A stretch of 13,827 nucleotides of DNA from Candidatus Thorarchaeota archaeon (GTDB lineage Archaea > Asgardarchaeota > Thorarchaeia > Thorarchaeales > Thorarchaeaceae): positions 1-13,827 of the forward strand of contig PRDI01000116.1 of NCBI GenBank assembly GCA_003345595.1, given 5' to 3'. Shown here one piece after another: positions 1-8,217 of this stretch; within the stretch, counting starts at the first letter, position 1; the number at the start of each line of letters is the position of its first letter. The notes under the pieces were generated by a model that did not search any database, had not been told where the DNA came from, and saw only the letters and a list, made by a program, of their open reading frames with translations. A program made the translations under genes and the position numbers.

Positions 1-230
1 CCGCTGTCGACTGCTGCCAAGGCGTCTGACATATTCGCGTACTCCGTGACTGTGATGGTTTCGATGCTAGCGCCGTGATAGATTTCCTGTGAACCTGCCT
101 GGGCAGGGTTAGCAATAGACACTCTGGTCATAGAAGTCGAAAACATTGCTTCGTCTGGTGGCACGGATGTCAAGATGATGACAAGTAGCACGGCGATTGG
201 CAAGGCATAACGGGACTGTTGGCAGTTCAT
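1..230 (-). CDS. N-terminal part (truncated by window edge) of a secreted/membrane-anchored protein, probably an ABC transporter substrate-binding protein
   Basis: Not in the ORF track. My translation from ATG at 230 is MNCQQSRYALPIAVLLVIILTSVPPDEAMFSTSMTRVSIANPAQAGSQEIYHGASIETITVTEYANMSDALAAVDS, open to the edge. It has a signal-like hydrophobic stretch. The 'IETITVTEYANMSDALAAVDS(G)' segment resembles the 'i.....d....aL..GeiD' element of solute-binding proteins. SD-like AGGAGA lies at 241-246. Confidence 0.6.
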   Translation of the reverse strand, partial: MNCQQSRYALPIAVLLVIILTSVPPDEAMFSTSMTRVSIANPAQAGSQEIYHGASIETITVTEYANMSDALAAVDS

Positions 231-257
231 TTCAGCCCTTTCTCCTGCGAAAGGTCA

Positions 258-271
258 ACGGGTCGACCCGT
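258..271. promoter_or_regulatory. Perfect 14-bp palindrome ACGGGTCGACCCGT, candidate operator upstream of the SBP gene
   Basis: The palindrome is read directly from the sequence. It lies between a weak TATA-like CTTATCT (minus strand, 298-304) and the start codon at 230. Its function is inferred. Confidence 0.35.
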
Positions 272-348
272 GCGAGGTCGTCGGCTGGCCGGCTTGCAGA
301 TAAGCGTACCGCATCAAGCACAAGCCGAAAGCTGCCAAGGCAGATCTG

Positions 349-2463
349 CTAATCCGATTTCCGTCCGCCAGAGTCAATCAGCCGCATCATTTCATCTGCG
401 TTTGTCGCGGCGGGCAGGCAATTCCTATCGATACATACATACGCGGTGGCCCTGTTCCCTACTGGCCTGTAAAATCTAGTGAAGGATGCAAGGCGGTCGA
501 GATCCTCCACTTGATGGCCAGTCGCTCGAAGCAACACACTCACATTCGAGAGGAAACTTCTTGAGAGCATACGGATCATCTCACTAGCCTCTTCACTGTT
601 ATGAGGAGTCGCAATGACCACCTCACAGGAGGGCCCAAGGATGAGGTCGAGTCCAGCTAGCATCATAGCATGCCCAGCATGATCAGCCGTGATGTCATTC
701 GCGAAGGCCGCGAGAGTTGCCGATGCTCTCCCTTCAAACGTTTCATCGCCTAGAATGCGAGCTAGTCTAATCATGTTCAGGACAGAAACTGAGTTGCCGG
801 ACGGGACTGGTCCATCATGCGTTTCCTTGTCCCGCATCATAATCTGTTCTGAGTCGTCTGACGAGAAGAAGAAACCACTCGACTCCCTATCCCAGAAATG
901 TCGCAGAGAATAGGAGCTAAGATCTCGAGCGATCTCCAGATAGCGTGGCTCAAAAGTGGTTTCGTAAAGCTCGATCAGACCCCATGTCATAAAGGCATAG
1001 TCGTCAAGAAATGCGCGTATTTTCGCGTGACCGGCACGATACGTGTGCAGCAGCCCTCCATCTTGGCTCCGTAACCTGCTCAATATGAACTCGGCCGCTT
1101 GCTGCGCGGATTCTACATAGCTGTTTTCACCAATCGCTCTCGCAGCAATTGCCAAAGCGGCGATCATGAGACCATTCCAGTCAGCAAGTATCTTCTCGTC
1201 TCTATTTGGTCGGGCTTGTTTGTATCGTGCGGCCAATAGCTTCTCTCGCGCCGATGCTAGCATCTTCAACAGCTGGGCCGTGCTGACGCCGATTACATCA
1301 GCTGTCGCTGTCAGTGGCTGTTTGATATGCGGAATGCTTCTTCCTGTATGGTCTTCAGTCGTTTCTTCTTGGTAGTTACCTTCAGGCGTGATGTCAAAGC
1401 GGTGACGGAAGGCATTGAATTCGTCTGGGCTGAGAGCATCTTGAAGCTGACTGAGCGACCAAAGGTAGAACCTTCCCTCCTGATTCTCGGTGTCGGCATC
1501 TTCGGCGGAGTAGTAGGCACCACCCGGATCTCTCAAGTCTCTGTTGACGTAGGTCAGCACCTCTCTGACCACACTTGCATATTCTTCGTTCTTGGTTGCT
1601 TGATATGCCTCAGCATATGATATGACAAGCAGGGCCTGATCGTAGAGCATCTTCTCAAAATGCGGTCGGTTCCATTCAGAATCAGTAGAGTATCTGTGAA
1701 ACCCGTACCCTATCTGATCAAAGAGCCCCCCGTCTCTCATTGCATGGAGCGTCTTCTCAACCATGTGCAGAGCACGTTCGTTGCCTGTTCTCTTCCATTC
1801 ACGAAGCAGAAGCATCATGATGTGAGGCGACGGAAACTTCGGGCTAGATCCAAAGCCACCATGTTCTTCGTCAAACGCGGCGCTTAATGTCTGAAATGAC
1901 TCTTCAAGAGTACGAACACTGAGCTTCGGTGAGCCGCTTTGGGGATTCTCTTTGGTGAGCGCTGAGTGCACTCGGCTCAGGACTTCATCTATGTTAGACC
2001 GATTGGTGCTCCACAGCTCATGTAATCGAGGAATGAGATGCAGCATGCCAATCTGCCCATAACTATCCTCCTTAGGAATGAATGTCGCCGCGAAGAATGG
2101 CTGCTTGTCAGGTGTCATCACAATCGTGAGCGGCCAGCCTCCTCTCCCAGTCATCAACTGAGCTACTCGCATGTATACTCTGTCGATGTCTGGTCGCTCT
2201 TCCCTGTCCACCTTGATGCTAACGAAGTTCTCATTCAGTAATCTCGCTACATTTGAATCCTCGAAGGATTCATGGGCCATCACGTGACACCAATGACAGG
2301 AGCTGTATCCAATTGAAAGGAATATTGGCTTGTTCTCGATCCTTGCTTTATCGAACGCTTCTTGACTCCAGGGGAACCAGTCCACCGGGTTTTCGGCATG
2401 TTGCAGCAAGTACGGGCTCTTCTCATTTGCCAGCCTGTTCAGGGCTCGCGGCTCCTGTATCAT
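349..2463 (-). CDS. yyaL: Thioredoxin domain-containing protein, YyaL/SPATA20 (Ssp411) family, with (alpha/alpha)6 barrel
   Basis: 704 aa with the family signatures [106 protein letters not shown] and a C-terminal YVC-x4-C. SD GAGGAG lies at 2469-2474. Confidence 0.95.
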   Translation of the reverse strand: MIQEPRALNRLANEKSPYLLQHAENPVDWFPWSQEAFDKARIENKPIFLSIGYSSCHWCHVMAHESFEDSNVARLLNENFVSIKVDREERPDIDRVYMRVAQLMTGRGGWPLTIVMTPDKQPFFAATFIPKEDSYGQIGMLHLIPRLHELWSTNRSNIDEVLSRVHSALTKENPQSGSPKLSVRTLEESFQTLSAAFDEEHGGFGSSPKFPSPHIMMLLLREWKRTGNERALHMVEKTLHAMRDGGLFDQIGYGFHRYSTDSEWNRPHFEKMLYDQALLVISYAEAYQATKNEEYASVVREVLTYVNRDLRDPGGAYYSAEDADTENQEGRFYLWSLSQLQDALSPDEFNAFRHRFDITPEGNYQEETTEDHTGRSIPHIKQPLTATADVIGVSTAQLLKMLASAREKLLAARYKQARPNRDEKILADWNGLMIAALAIAARAIGENSYVESAQQAAEFILSRLRSQDGGLLHTYRAGHAKIRAFLDDYAFMTWGLIELYETTFEPRYLEIARDLSSYSLRHFWDRESSGFFFSSDDSEQIMMRDKETHDGPVPSGNSVSVLNMIRLARILGDETFEGRASATLAAFANDITADHAGHAMMLAGLDLILGPSCEVVIATPHNSEEASEMIRMLSRSFLSNVSVLLRATGHQVEDLDRLASFTRFYRPVGNRATAYVCIDRNCLPAATNADEMMRLIDSGGRKSD

Positions 2464-2515
2464 GTGAACTCCTCGCGATGCTCTTGGCTGGGCTTTGCTT
2501 AACGATTGTGAATCA

Positions 2516-2530
2516 TTTAAAGCCTTTGCT
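2516..2530 (-). promoter_or_regulatory. Putative archaeal BRE-TATA promoter of the yyaL-like gene
   Basis: The minus strand reads AGCAAAGGC-TTTAAA (purine-rich BRE-like stretch, then TATA box at 2516-2521), about 53 nt upstream of the ATG at 2463. This leaves room for an SD-containing leader. Confidence 0.55.
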
Positions 2531-2704
2531 ATGACCTAGGCGATTCTTCCTGCGGAGAATAGCTCTGGTGCCTCAGCGCGGCATGAAGCTGGAAAGTGGC
2601 GAATTGGGATAAGGGGGGTGCAAGTTCACGCTGTATTCGCAGAGTGGTTACGTCGCCCGCAACGAAGGAATCTTGGGTGGCAGCCGGACTAAGTGCGTCG
2701 GGTC

Positions 2705-3622
2705 TCAGCTCGTGGCCAAGAAGATGTGTCCGTTTGACTCGACAAGCTTCCCTTGGCGAATCAAGGACTCCACATGATGCTCTATCATCCAACGTTCGAA
2801 CTGCAGCATCACGGGCCCAGCGAGAGATGGATAGATGATTGGATGTTCGAGAATCTCGTTGACCGATTTAGCTCCAGCCGCGACGGCTTTCATAACCAGT
2901 TCATCCCGTCTGTCGAAGTGCTGCAGATATCTGTCGAGGGCTTGCCTATAGTCCTGAACCAGAGGATTACGGAGATGGCCGCTAATGTACTGGTTGTAGC
3001 TCCTCTCCTTCACGCTCTTAATGGAGTCCTTCAGCTGTACTATTGACGAGTTGGGGTGGCCATAGAAGGGGCCGAAGTCGGTGCAGTCAATGTCTGCTGC
3101 GAAGAGATAGGCCGGCTCCATAATCTCCAGGCACATGTGATCCGGCAGATGCCCTTTCGTATAGAATGTCCGAAGAGTGATGTCGTCCAGTGCAATCTTG
3201 TCACCGTTGTGGAGGACCTCGTCAACGCGTCCTTCGTCCAAGGCGCCATACATCTGATCGTTCACTAGCTGTTCCCAGAGATGTCTGACGGACTGTCCGG
3301 GAGTGAACCCCAGGAATTCCTTCATCTTCTCCTTGTCATCGAACAGAGGTGCTGTCACCTCGTTGGCCGCGATTCTGCACCCTGAAACTCGGTTCAGTCT
3401 GACAGCGTGAGTGATGTGATCGGGGTGAATATGGCTAAGGACTACGGTGTCTATGTCACGAAGCTCAAGATTCAGAGTCTTGAGGAGTGCACGTAGGCTT
3501 TCGATGGGACAGCCGGGATCTATGACAACAACATCTCCAGAAACGACCACCAACGTGTTACACTTTGGGAATGCACCCCCAATGACCACATGCACGCCAT
3601 GGCCGAGTCCAACATAGCTCAA
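2705..3622 (-). CDS. MBL-fold metallo-hydrolase with C-terminal winged-helix-like extension
   Basis: 305 aa with VIDPG, SHIHPDH (HxHxDH), GHLPDH, AADID and SGH motifs, and a C-terminal 'MIEHHVESLIRQGKL' helix. The start is TTG, with SD-like GGGGGT about 8 nt upstream and no in-frame upstream ATG. Confidence 0.9.
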   Translation of the reverse strand: MSYVGLGHGVHVVIGGAFPKCNTLVVVSGDVVVIDPGCPIESLRALLKTLNLELRDIDTVVLSHIHPDHITHAVRLNRVSGCRIAANEVTAPLFDDKEKMKEFLGFTPGQSVRHLWEQLVNDQMYGALDEGRVDEVLHNGDKIALDDITLRTFYTKGHLPDHMCLEIMEPAYLFAADIDCTDFGPFYGHPNSSIVQLKDSIKSVKERSYNQYISGHLRNPLVQDYRQALDRYLQHFDRRDELVMKAVAAGAKSVNEILEHPIIYPSLAGPVMLQFERWMIEHHVESLIRQGKLVESNGHIFLATS

Positions 3623-3709
3623 GATACATGACCCCCTGCTACGAGGTCTATCATGTGATTTCTAGGCTCCGGGGGTATCGCCGCCGCACTGAATCCGAGT
3701 ATCAGAGGC

Positions 3710-4111
3710 TCATTCACGAGATGCTTGAACCTTCACTTCTGCTGCGCTCCGCGCCGCCTGCCTCCAGACCCGGAAGTGACTCCAGACGACCGGTATCATG
3801 GCGGATAGAACGAGTATCGTGATGAGCAGCGTGCCCACAACAGGCGTCGTATTGGTTGGTATCTGGTCGGCTTCAATCGCGTCGACCCAAAATCCGAGAA
3901 GGAATCCCATCGCAGAGGGGATCGTTAGGATGGCAAGAATGAAGAATATCAGAAACGCTCTGAGCGGGGACGCTTGGATTGTTCTCGCAAAGGCTCCGAG
4001 AAACCTGTGCTTCTGCCAGCGAGAGCCTTCTGCGACAATCCAGAAGACAAAGAAAAGAGCCACTATGAGGAAGAAAGGTATAAGCAGAATCTCAAACCAC
4101 ATATCGGGCAC
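3710..4111 (-). CDS. Hypothetical small membrane protein (about 3 TM helices)
   Basis: 133 aa with three hydrophobic segments separated by basic/aromatic linkers. It fills the gap between the MBL hydrolase and ligase genes in the same orientation. TATA-like GATATATC lies at 4148-4155. The true start may be the ATG at 4102. Confidence 0.8.
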   Translation of the reverse strand: MPDMWFEILLIPFFLIVALFFVFWIVAEGSRWQKHRFLGAFARTIQASPLRAFLIFFILAILTIPSAMGFLLGFWVDAIEADQIPTNTTPVVGTLLITILVLSAMIPVVWSHFRVWRQAARSAAEVKVQASRE

Positions 4112-4157
4112 TACCTTTGCGTCTTGGAACGTCGATTCGTAACTCTAGATATATCCT

Positions 4158-4181
4158 TCGGTTCGCGTTGGGCGAATCCGA
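4158..4181. terminator. Stem-loop downstream of the ligase gene (possible terminator or regulatory hairpin)
   Basis: TCGG-TTCGC-gttgg-GCGAA-t-CCGA forms a 9-bp stem with one bulge, flanked by the palindromes GATATATC and TGATATCA. There is no poly-T tract, so function is uncertain. Confidence 0.25.
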
Positions 4182-4239
4182 CTGATATCAGGGGAAGTGC
4201 TTCCACAAGAGGTGGTGCTCTAACATGAATGTATACGTC

Positions 4240-5910
4240 CTAAGTTGCTTTGTACTGCAGCCGGGCTTCGTAGAGTCTGCGGAGTTCCACTAAGGTGGTT
4301 GCGTCTTCCGGTCTCTTGTCGTCCCTTATTCGAGCAATGCGTGCGAATCTCAGGGTCATACCCCCATCATAGGTTGGGCTCTCCTGTATCTCAGAAACGA
4401 GGACCTCGACTACTATCTCTGGCCTTACTTTGATGACTCGTCCTTCTTTCCCAGTCTGTATATCCAGCAACCTCTTGGTCATACTTTCGAACTCCGGATC
4501 TGTCAGCCCCTTGAATGTCTTGCCTATCATGACATAGTCGTCTGTTTCCTCGTTCCTGATTGCGAGGTGATAGTCAGACAGCCACTTGCTCCTCCTGCCA
4601 TATCCCCATTCGGCACCGACTATCACCATGTCAAGTGTGATGGTGTGCTTTATCTTGAACCACGTCTTCCCACGTAAGCCCGGGACATATGTAGAATCCA
4701 GTTTCTTCACCATCAGTCCCTCATGGCCCAGCTGAAGGCTCCGTTCGAAGAATCTCTCTGCATCTGAGTCGCTGGATGTTACCAACCTTTCAACTATCAT
4801 ATCCGGCGGAGCGATCTGTTCCAGGACCGTGCGCCGCTCTGCATAGGGTCTGTCCACAAACGCCTTTCCTCCCTCCATTAGTACGTCGAACAGTCTGAGC
4901 TCCAGCTTTGTCTGCTTTAGCTTCGATTCGACATCCTGTACTCTGCCGAATCTTGTCATCACGGCCTGAAACAGATAGGGTGTACCCTGTGGATCGATAG
5001 CGATCACTTCGCCGTCCAAAATGGCCTGTTTGGAGGAAACTTCATTTCTCACAGCTTGGGCAACATCCGGCAGGCTATCCGTCACATCCGTAAGACTTCT
5101 GGAATACAGGCGGACTTGCTGCCCATCGCTGTGGACCTGTACCCGGGCACCATCAAGTTTGAGCTCTAGCGCTACTGGCACACCAATCGAATTGATCAGT
5201 TCACGTAGGTCAGTTGCCTGAGTGGCCAACATAGGTTTCACGGGTCTGAACAGAACCATGCTGACTCGATCAAGTTCGTCCTTGCCGCCGACAGATGCGA
5301 GTGCGGCAACCTCTCCAAGGTCTCCGGTGAGTGACCATGCTCGTCTCACAGTTACAGGGCCTATCATGAAAGCAGCTGCGATGCCTTCGGCAACGAGTCC
5401 TTCGGACACTCCGGTTCGGGTGTCTGATAGCAGCAGAGCAACCAAGTACTTTGCTTCTCTTGGTGTTGCTTCAGACAGCATTCGAACCATTAGCGTTTCC
5501 TTCTTCTTTCTTGAGCCCTGACCCGAAGCTGATGCAATAGCAGCAAACGTTGATGCGGTCCTGCCAATGCTCAAAGGCTCTGTTTCGAGGACTTCCTGCC
5601 TCGTCACCCGCATCAAGCCCAGAAGCGATGCCACAGCATCTCCGGTATCACCTTTGTAGACTTTATCGAAATCCTTCTGAGAGTAGTCGACAAGTTGTCT
5701 CAAGGAACCTACAAGCCCACTCCATGAGATGTTGAGTGCGCGTGGGTCACACTCCGCGAATACACGACCTGCCAAGAAGAGCGTGGCAGATCTCATGTCG
5801 TCATGCGATGTGTTTCGCAGAAACTCTGCTATCAGGTTGACCTTTTCTGTGCGACTCGAAGTTTGACTTATTCTGTCGAGTACTTGAGCAAGCTCCAAGA
5901 ACTGCGTCAT
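4240..5910 (-). CDS. lig: ATP-dependent DNA ligase (DBD-adenylation-OB domains)
   Basis: Motif I ELKLDGAR (active-site Lys), Ia YSRSL, III LDGEVI, IIIa LFDVL, IV EGLMVK, V WFKIK, VI LRFARIARIRDDK. I moved the start from 6030 to the ATG at 5910 (MTQFLELAQVLDRISQTSSR, a typical ligase N-terminus; 556 aa). This removes the overlap with the divergent gene. Confidence 0.95.
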   Translation of the reverse strand: MTQFLELAQVLDRISQTSSRTEKVNLIAEFLRNTSHDDMRSATLFLAGRVFAECDPRALNISWSGLVGSLRQLVDYSQKDFDKVYKGDTGDAVASLLGLMRVTRQEVLETEPLSIGRTASTFAAIASASGQGSRKKKETLMVRMLSEATPREAKYLVALLLSDTRTGVSEGLVAEGIAAAFMIGPVTVRRAWSLTGDLGEVAALASVGGKDELDRVSMVLFRPVKPMLATQATDLRELINSIGVPVALELKLDGARVQVHSDGQQVRLYSRSLTDVTDSLPDVAQAVRNEVSSKQAILDGEVIAIDPQGTPYLFQAVMTRFGRVQDVESKLKQTKLELRLFDVLMEGGKAFVDRPYAERRTVLEQIAPPDMIVERLVTSSDSDAERFFERSLQLGHEGLMVKKLDSTYVPGLRGKTWFKIKHTITLDMVIVGAEWGYGRRSKWLSDYHLAIRNEETDDYVMIGKTFKGLTDPEFESMTKRLLDIQTGKEGRVIKVRPEIVVEVLVSEIQESPTYDGGMTLRFARIARIRDDKRPEDATTLVELRRLYEARLQYKAT

Positions 5911-5938
5911 CGATGCAGTCCTACAGAGGCCGACGTGT

Positions 5939-5946
5939 CTTATTAA
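5939..5946 (-). promoter_or_regulatory. Putative TATA box of the ligase gene (leaderless-type spacing)
   Basis: The minus strand reads TTAATAAG about 29 nt upstream of the ATG at 5910, with no obvious SD. Confidence 0.45.
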
Positions 5947-6051
5947 TCGTGAGATGACGGTGCATACTACGGCTCTCTGGAGCTTTCGGATGTGGCTCGG
6001 TTCGTTACATCTATATTGGGCATTCCTCACGTATGTTCAGGCGTAGTCGGA

Positions 6052-6630
6052 ATGCACAGCGTGCTAAGGAGCAAGAAGGCCTTCCTCTATTTCGGAGGGG
6101 CATTTGTTATACTTCTCGGGGGGGCAATCATACTCGCTGCTCCCTACCACTACATCGGTTTCGTTGCAGTGCCGCCTGATGCCTGCTCATTCCAGATATG
6201 GGAGGGTCAGGGTTACTACAATCAGTTGGAGATCGCCGTTTCGGGACGACCCGGGAACGCGAGCACTATCACAGTGAACTTCTCGGTGGTGAACAACGAG
6301 ACACTCGCCACAGTCGCCGTCAACATGACACTGACATCAAGTGATATGGTGCCAGGGACGAACCCGCCAGTCTTCGAGAGGAGGGCCATCGTTGATCTTG
6401 AACCAGGCAACTACACAGTGTATGCTGACAAGAGCAATCCCATCACCTATTTCGATCTTGGGCTTACACAGCTTAGCGACTCACGGCTTTTTATCGTGAC
6501 AGGCGGCTTGATGAATATCATCGGATTAGTGATGTGCATGTCTGGCTACTTCGTCGCTGGCACGTTTCTTCCGACGGGCGAGGAAACCATAATCGGCTGG
6601 GGCTATGAGGACAAAGAGAAAGAGAAGTAG
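6052..6630 (+). CDS. Hypothetical membrane protein: TM, beta-rich extracellular domain, TM, short charged tail
   Basis: The ATG at 6052 (MHSVLRSKKAFLYF...) is preferred over the GTG at 5992. There are two hydrophobic helices, and the region between them has alternating beta-strand patterns and five N-x-S/T sequons. Confidence 0.8.
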   Translation: MHSVLRSKKAFLYFGGAFVILLGGAIILAAPYHYIGFVAVPPDACSFQIWEGQGYYNQLEIAVSGRPGNASTITVNFSVVNNETLATVAVNMTLTSSDMVPGTNPPVFERRAIVDLEPGNYTVYADKSNPITYFDLGLTQLSDSRLFIVTGGLMNIIGLVMCMSGYFVAGTFLPTGEETIIGWGYEDKEKEK

Positions 6631-6676
6631 TCGGCGTAGGCGTGTGATTGGTTGTCCTTGAAACGGATATCGCCAG

Positions 6677-8077
6677 CTAGTCTTTGGTTTCGTAGGGGCA
6701 CTGGCCCGATCTGAGGGTTTTCTCTGCTTCGGTGATCTTCGTCGATGTCAGTGGGTACTTCATCAACAGAAGGATCAGGAGGGCGCACAGAAAACCGGGT
6801 ACGACAGAGATTACGAGTCGCAGTCCTTCTGTCAGCTGAGGAGTAACGGGGACTCCACTGCTGTATCCGATGAGCGCCAACAGCAATCCCACTGAGAGGC
6901 TTCCAAGCGCGCCTCCGGCTCTGTTACCTAGGCCGACTAAACCCGTGATATTGCCTGCACGTGAGCGACCAACTTGCACGCTGTCATATGCAATTAGGTC
7001 CGTTATCATGGCCGAGCGCAAGAAGGAGATGGACGATGTACCTGCTCCAGCCAGAATTGCGACAGACCAAAGCAGATACAGGTTGTCGGTCGTTAGAAAG
7101 TACAGCGTCATGAGTGAAACCGCGAACATCGCTGCTCCGAAAGCGAAGACATGTCGTTTGTCTATGCGGCAGGAGAGATGGTTCCAGAACGGAAGTGATA
7201 CCAACGCGCCAAGCATGACCAGCAGCATGACGGGCGCAAACATGTCCTCCATCCCCAGAACGTAACCTACGTAGAAGATGAGCAATGCATTGACCACTGT
7301 GCTTACCATGCCTGTCAAGAGCCATATGGAGAATTGAAACCGGAATGCTGGTAGCGTAACTACAAGGAGCGCCTCGTTCCGGACAGAAATCCGCTTTGCT
7401 TTAGTTTGCGGGATTGTCTTGGTGACAGAGAATGCCAGCATGAAGACAGAGAATATCAACATCGCATAGAGTGCTGCCATGCCGCCGTAGCCGACTGTAC
7501 CGCCGCCCAAGGCCTGTACGATGACTATCGTAAGCGCGGAACCAATCATTGTGCCAACGACGCCGAATCCCTGCTGCATGCTGACCAGCTGCGCACGTTC
7601 GGTGTTGCTTGGAGAGAGTTCAGCAGTCAAGGCGCTGTAAGACACTAGCAGCAATGTCATACTTACGCTGAATGCAATCTGTACGACTAGCCAGTAGAAA
7701 AAGAGCGATACGATATTCCACCCGGGGGGAGCGAAGAATCTAAGGAAGAAGCCGAGGGCGACGACTGGGCTGCAAAGCAGAAGAAACACGCGTCGGCGTC
7801 CAAAACGAGAGCTAACACGATCCGACAAAGCACCGGCCATCGGATCAAGTGGAAACAAAAGAAAGGCAGGCAGAGCTAGCAAAAGCCCGGCATCCGCTGG
7901 CCCCATGCCAATTATATCTGTCAGGTAGAACAAGAGGTAGAAGCTGGCCGCATTGAATGATAGGCTGTCGCCAAATGTGCCTGTGGCATATACCAGCTTC
8001 CGCCAGAGAGGCAAGACTCCACTTGCCTGCTTGTCACGCGCAGGTTGCTCTTGGCCATTGTTGTCGCTTGAAACCAC
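6677..8077 (-). CDS. MFS transporter, glycoside-pentoside-hexuronide (GPH / MFS_2, MelB/MFSD2-like) family
   Basis: 466 aa with about 12 TM helices. Signatures: KLVYATG, LLFYLTD, DPMAGALSDR-x4-FGRRR, YSALTAELS-x4-ER, MITDLIAYD-x4-GRSRAG and the C-terminal YPLT. GTG start with TATA-like CTTATAC (8101-8107, minus strand) about 25 nt upstream. Confidence 0.92.
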   Translation of the reverse strand: MVSSDNNGQEQPARDKQASGVLPLWRKLVYATGTFGDSLSFNAASFYLLFYLTDIIGMGPADAGLLLALPAFLLFPLDPMAGALSDRVSSRFGRRRVFLLLCSPVVALGFFLRFFAPPGWNIVSLFFYWLVVQIAFSVSMTLLLVSYSALTAELSPSNTERAQLVSMQQGFGVVGTMIGSALTIVIVQALGGGTVGYGGMAALYAMLIFSVFMLAFSVTKTIPQTKAKRISVRNEALLVVTLPAFRFQFSIWLLTGMVSTVVNALLIFYVGYVLGMEDMFAPVMLLVMLGALVSLPFWNHLSCRIDKRHVFAFGAAMFAVSLMTLYFLTTDNLYLLWSVAILAGAGTSSISFLRSAMITDLIAYDSVQVGRSRAGNITGLVGLGNRAGGALGSLSVGLLLALIGYSSGVPVTPQLTEGLRLVISVVPGFLCALLILLLMKYPLTSTKITEAEKTLRSGQCPYETKD

Positions 8078-8217
8078 GGCAGGTGGAAACCCGGCCTGAT
8101 GTATAAGTCCTTTGGACTTCGCTGATGGCCTGATAAGGCCACATTCAACCCAATTGTGTCAGTATAGTAATGTGTACACTATTATGCACAATGCTTATAT
8201 GTGCTCATGAGAAGTAT
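8078..8217. promoter_or_regulatory. Divergent promoter region (MFS / wHTH operon) with multiple inverted repeats
   Basis: TATA-like CTTATAC (minus, 8101-8107) and CTTATAT (plus, 8194-8200). Inverted repeats: AAGTCC-ttt-GGACTT (8105-8119), TGGCCT-gata-AGGCCA (8126-8141), ATTGTG...CACAAT (8153-8192), GTGTACAC (8172-8179) and GCACA...TGTGC (8186-8204). Confidence 0.6.

Noticed and set aside
349-2463. YyaL/SPATA20 homologue as a eukaryotic signature protein
   Set aside because: The family is widespread in bacteria and archaea, and nothing here is unusual.
2531-2692. ATG-ACC-TAG followed by about 50 open codons as pyrrolysine readthrough
   Set aside because: The product resembles nothing I recognise, there is no SD, the ATG is too close to the TATA, and no pyl genes are in the window.
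3558-3629. Out-of-frame ATG just upstream of the MBL TTG start (23-codon overlapping ORF, or a frameshift)
   Set aside because: The SD-like GGGGGT is only 1 nt from this ATG but well spaced for the TTG. The MBL domain is complete without a frameshift.
5911-6051. Apparent head-to-head overlap of the ligase (to 6030) and membrane protein (from 5992) ORFs
   Set aside because: Artefact of longest-ORF calling. The better starts at 5910 and 6052 leave a normal divergent promoter region.
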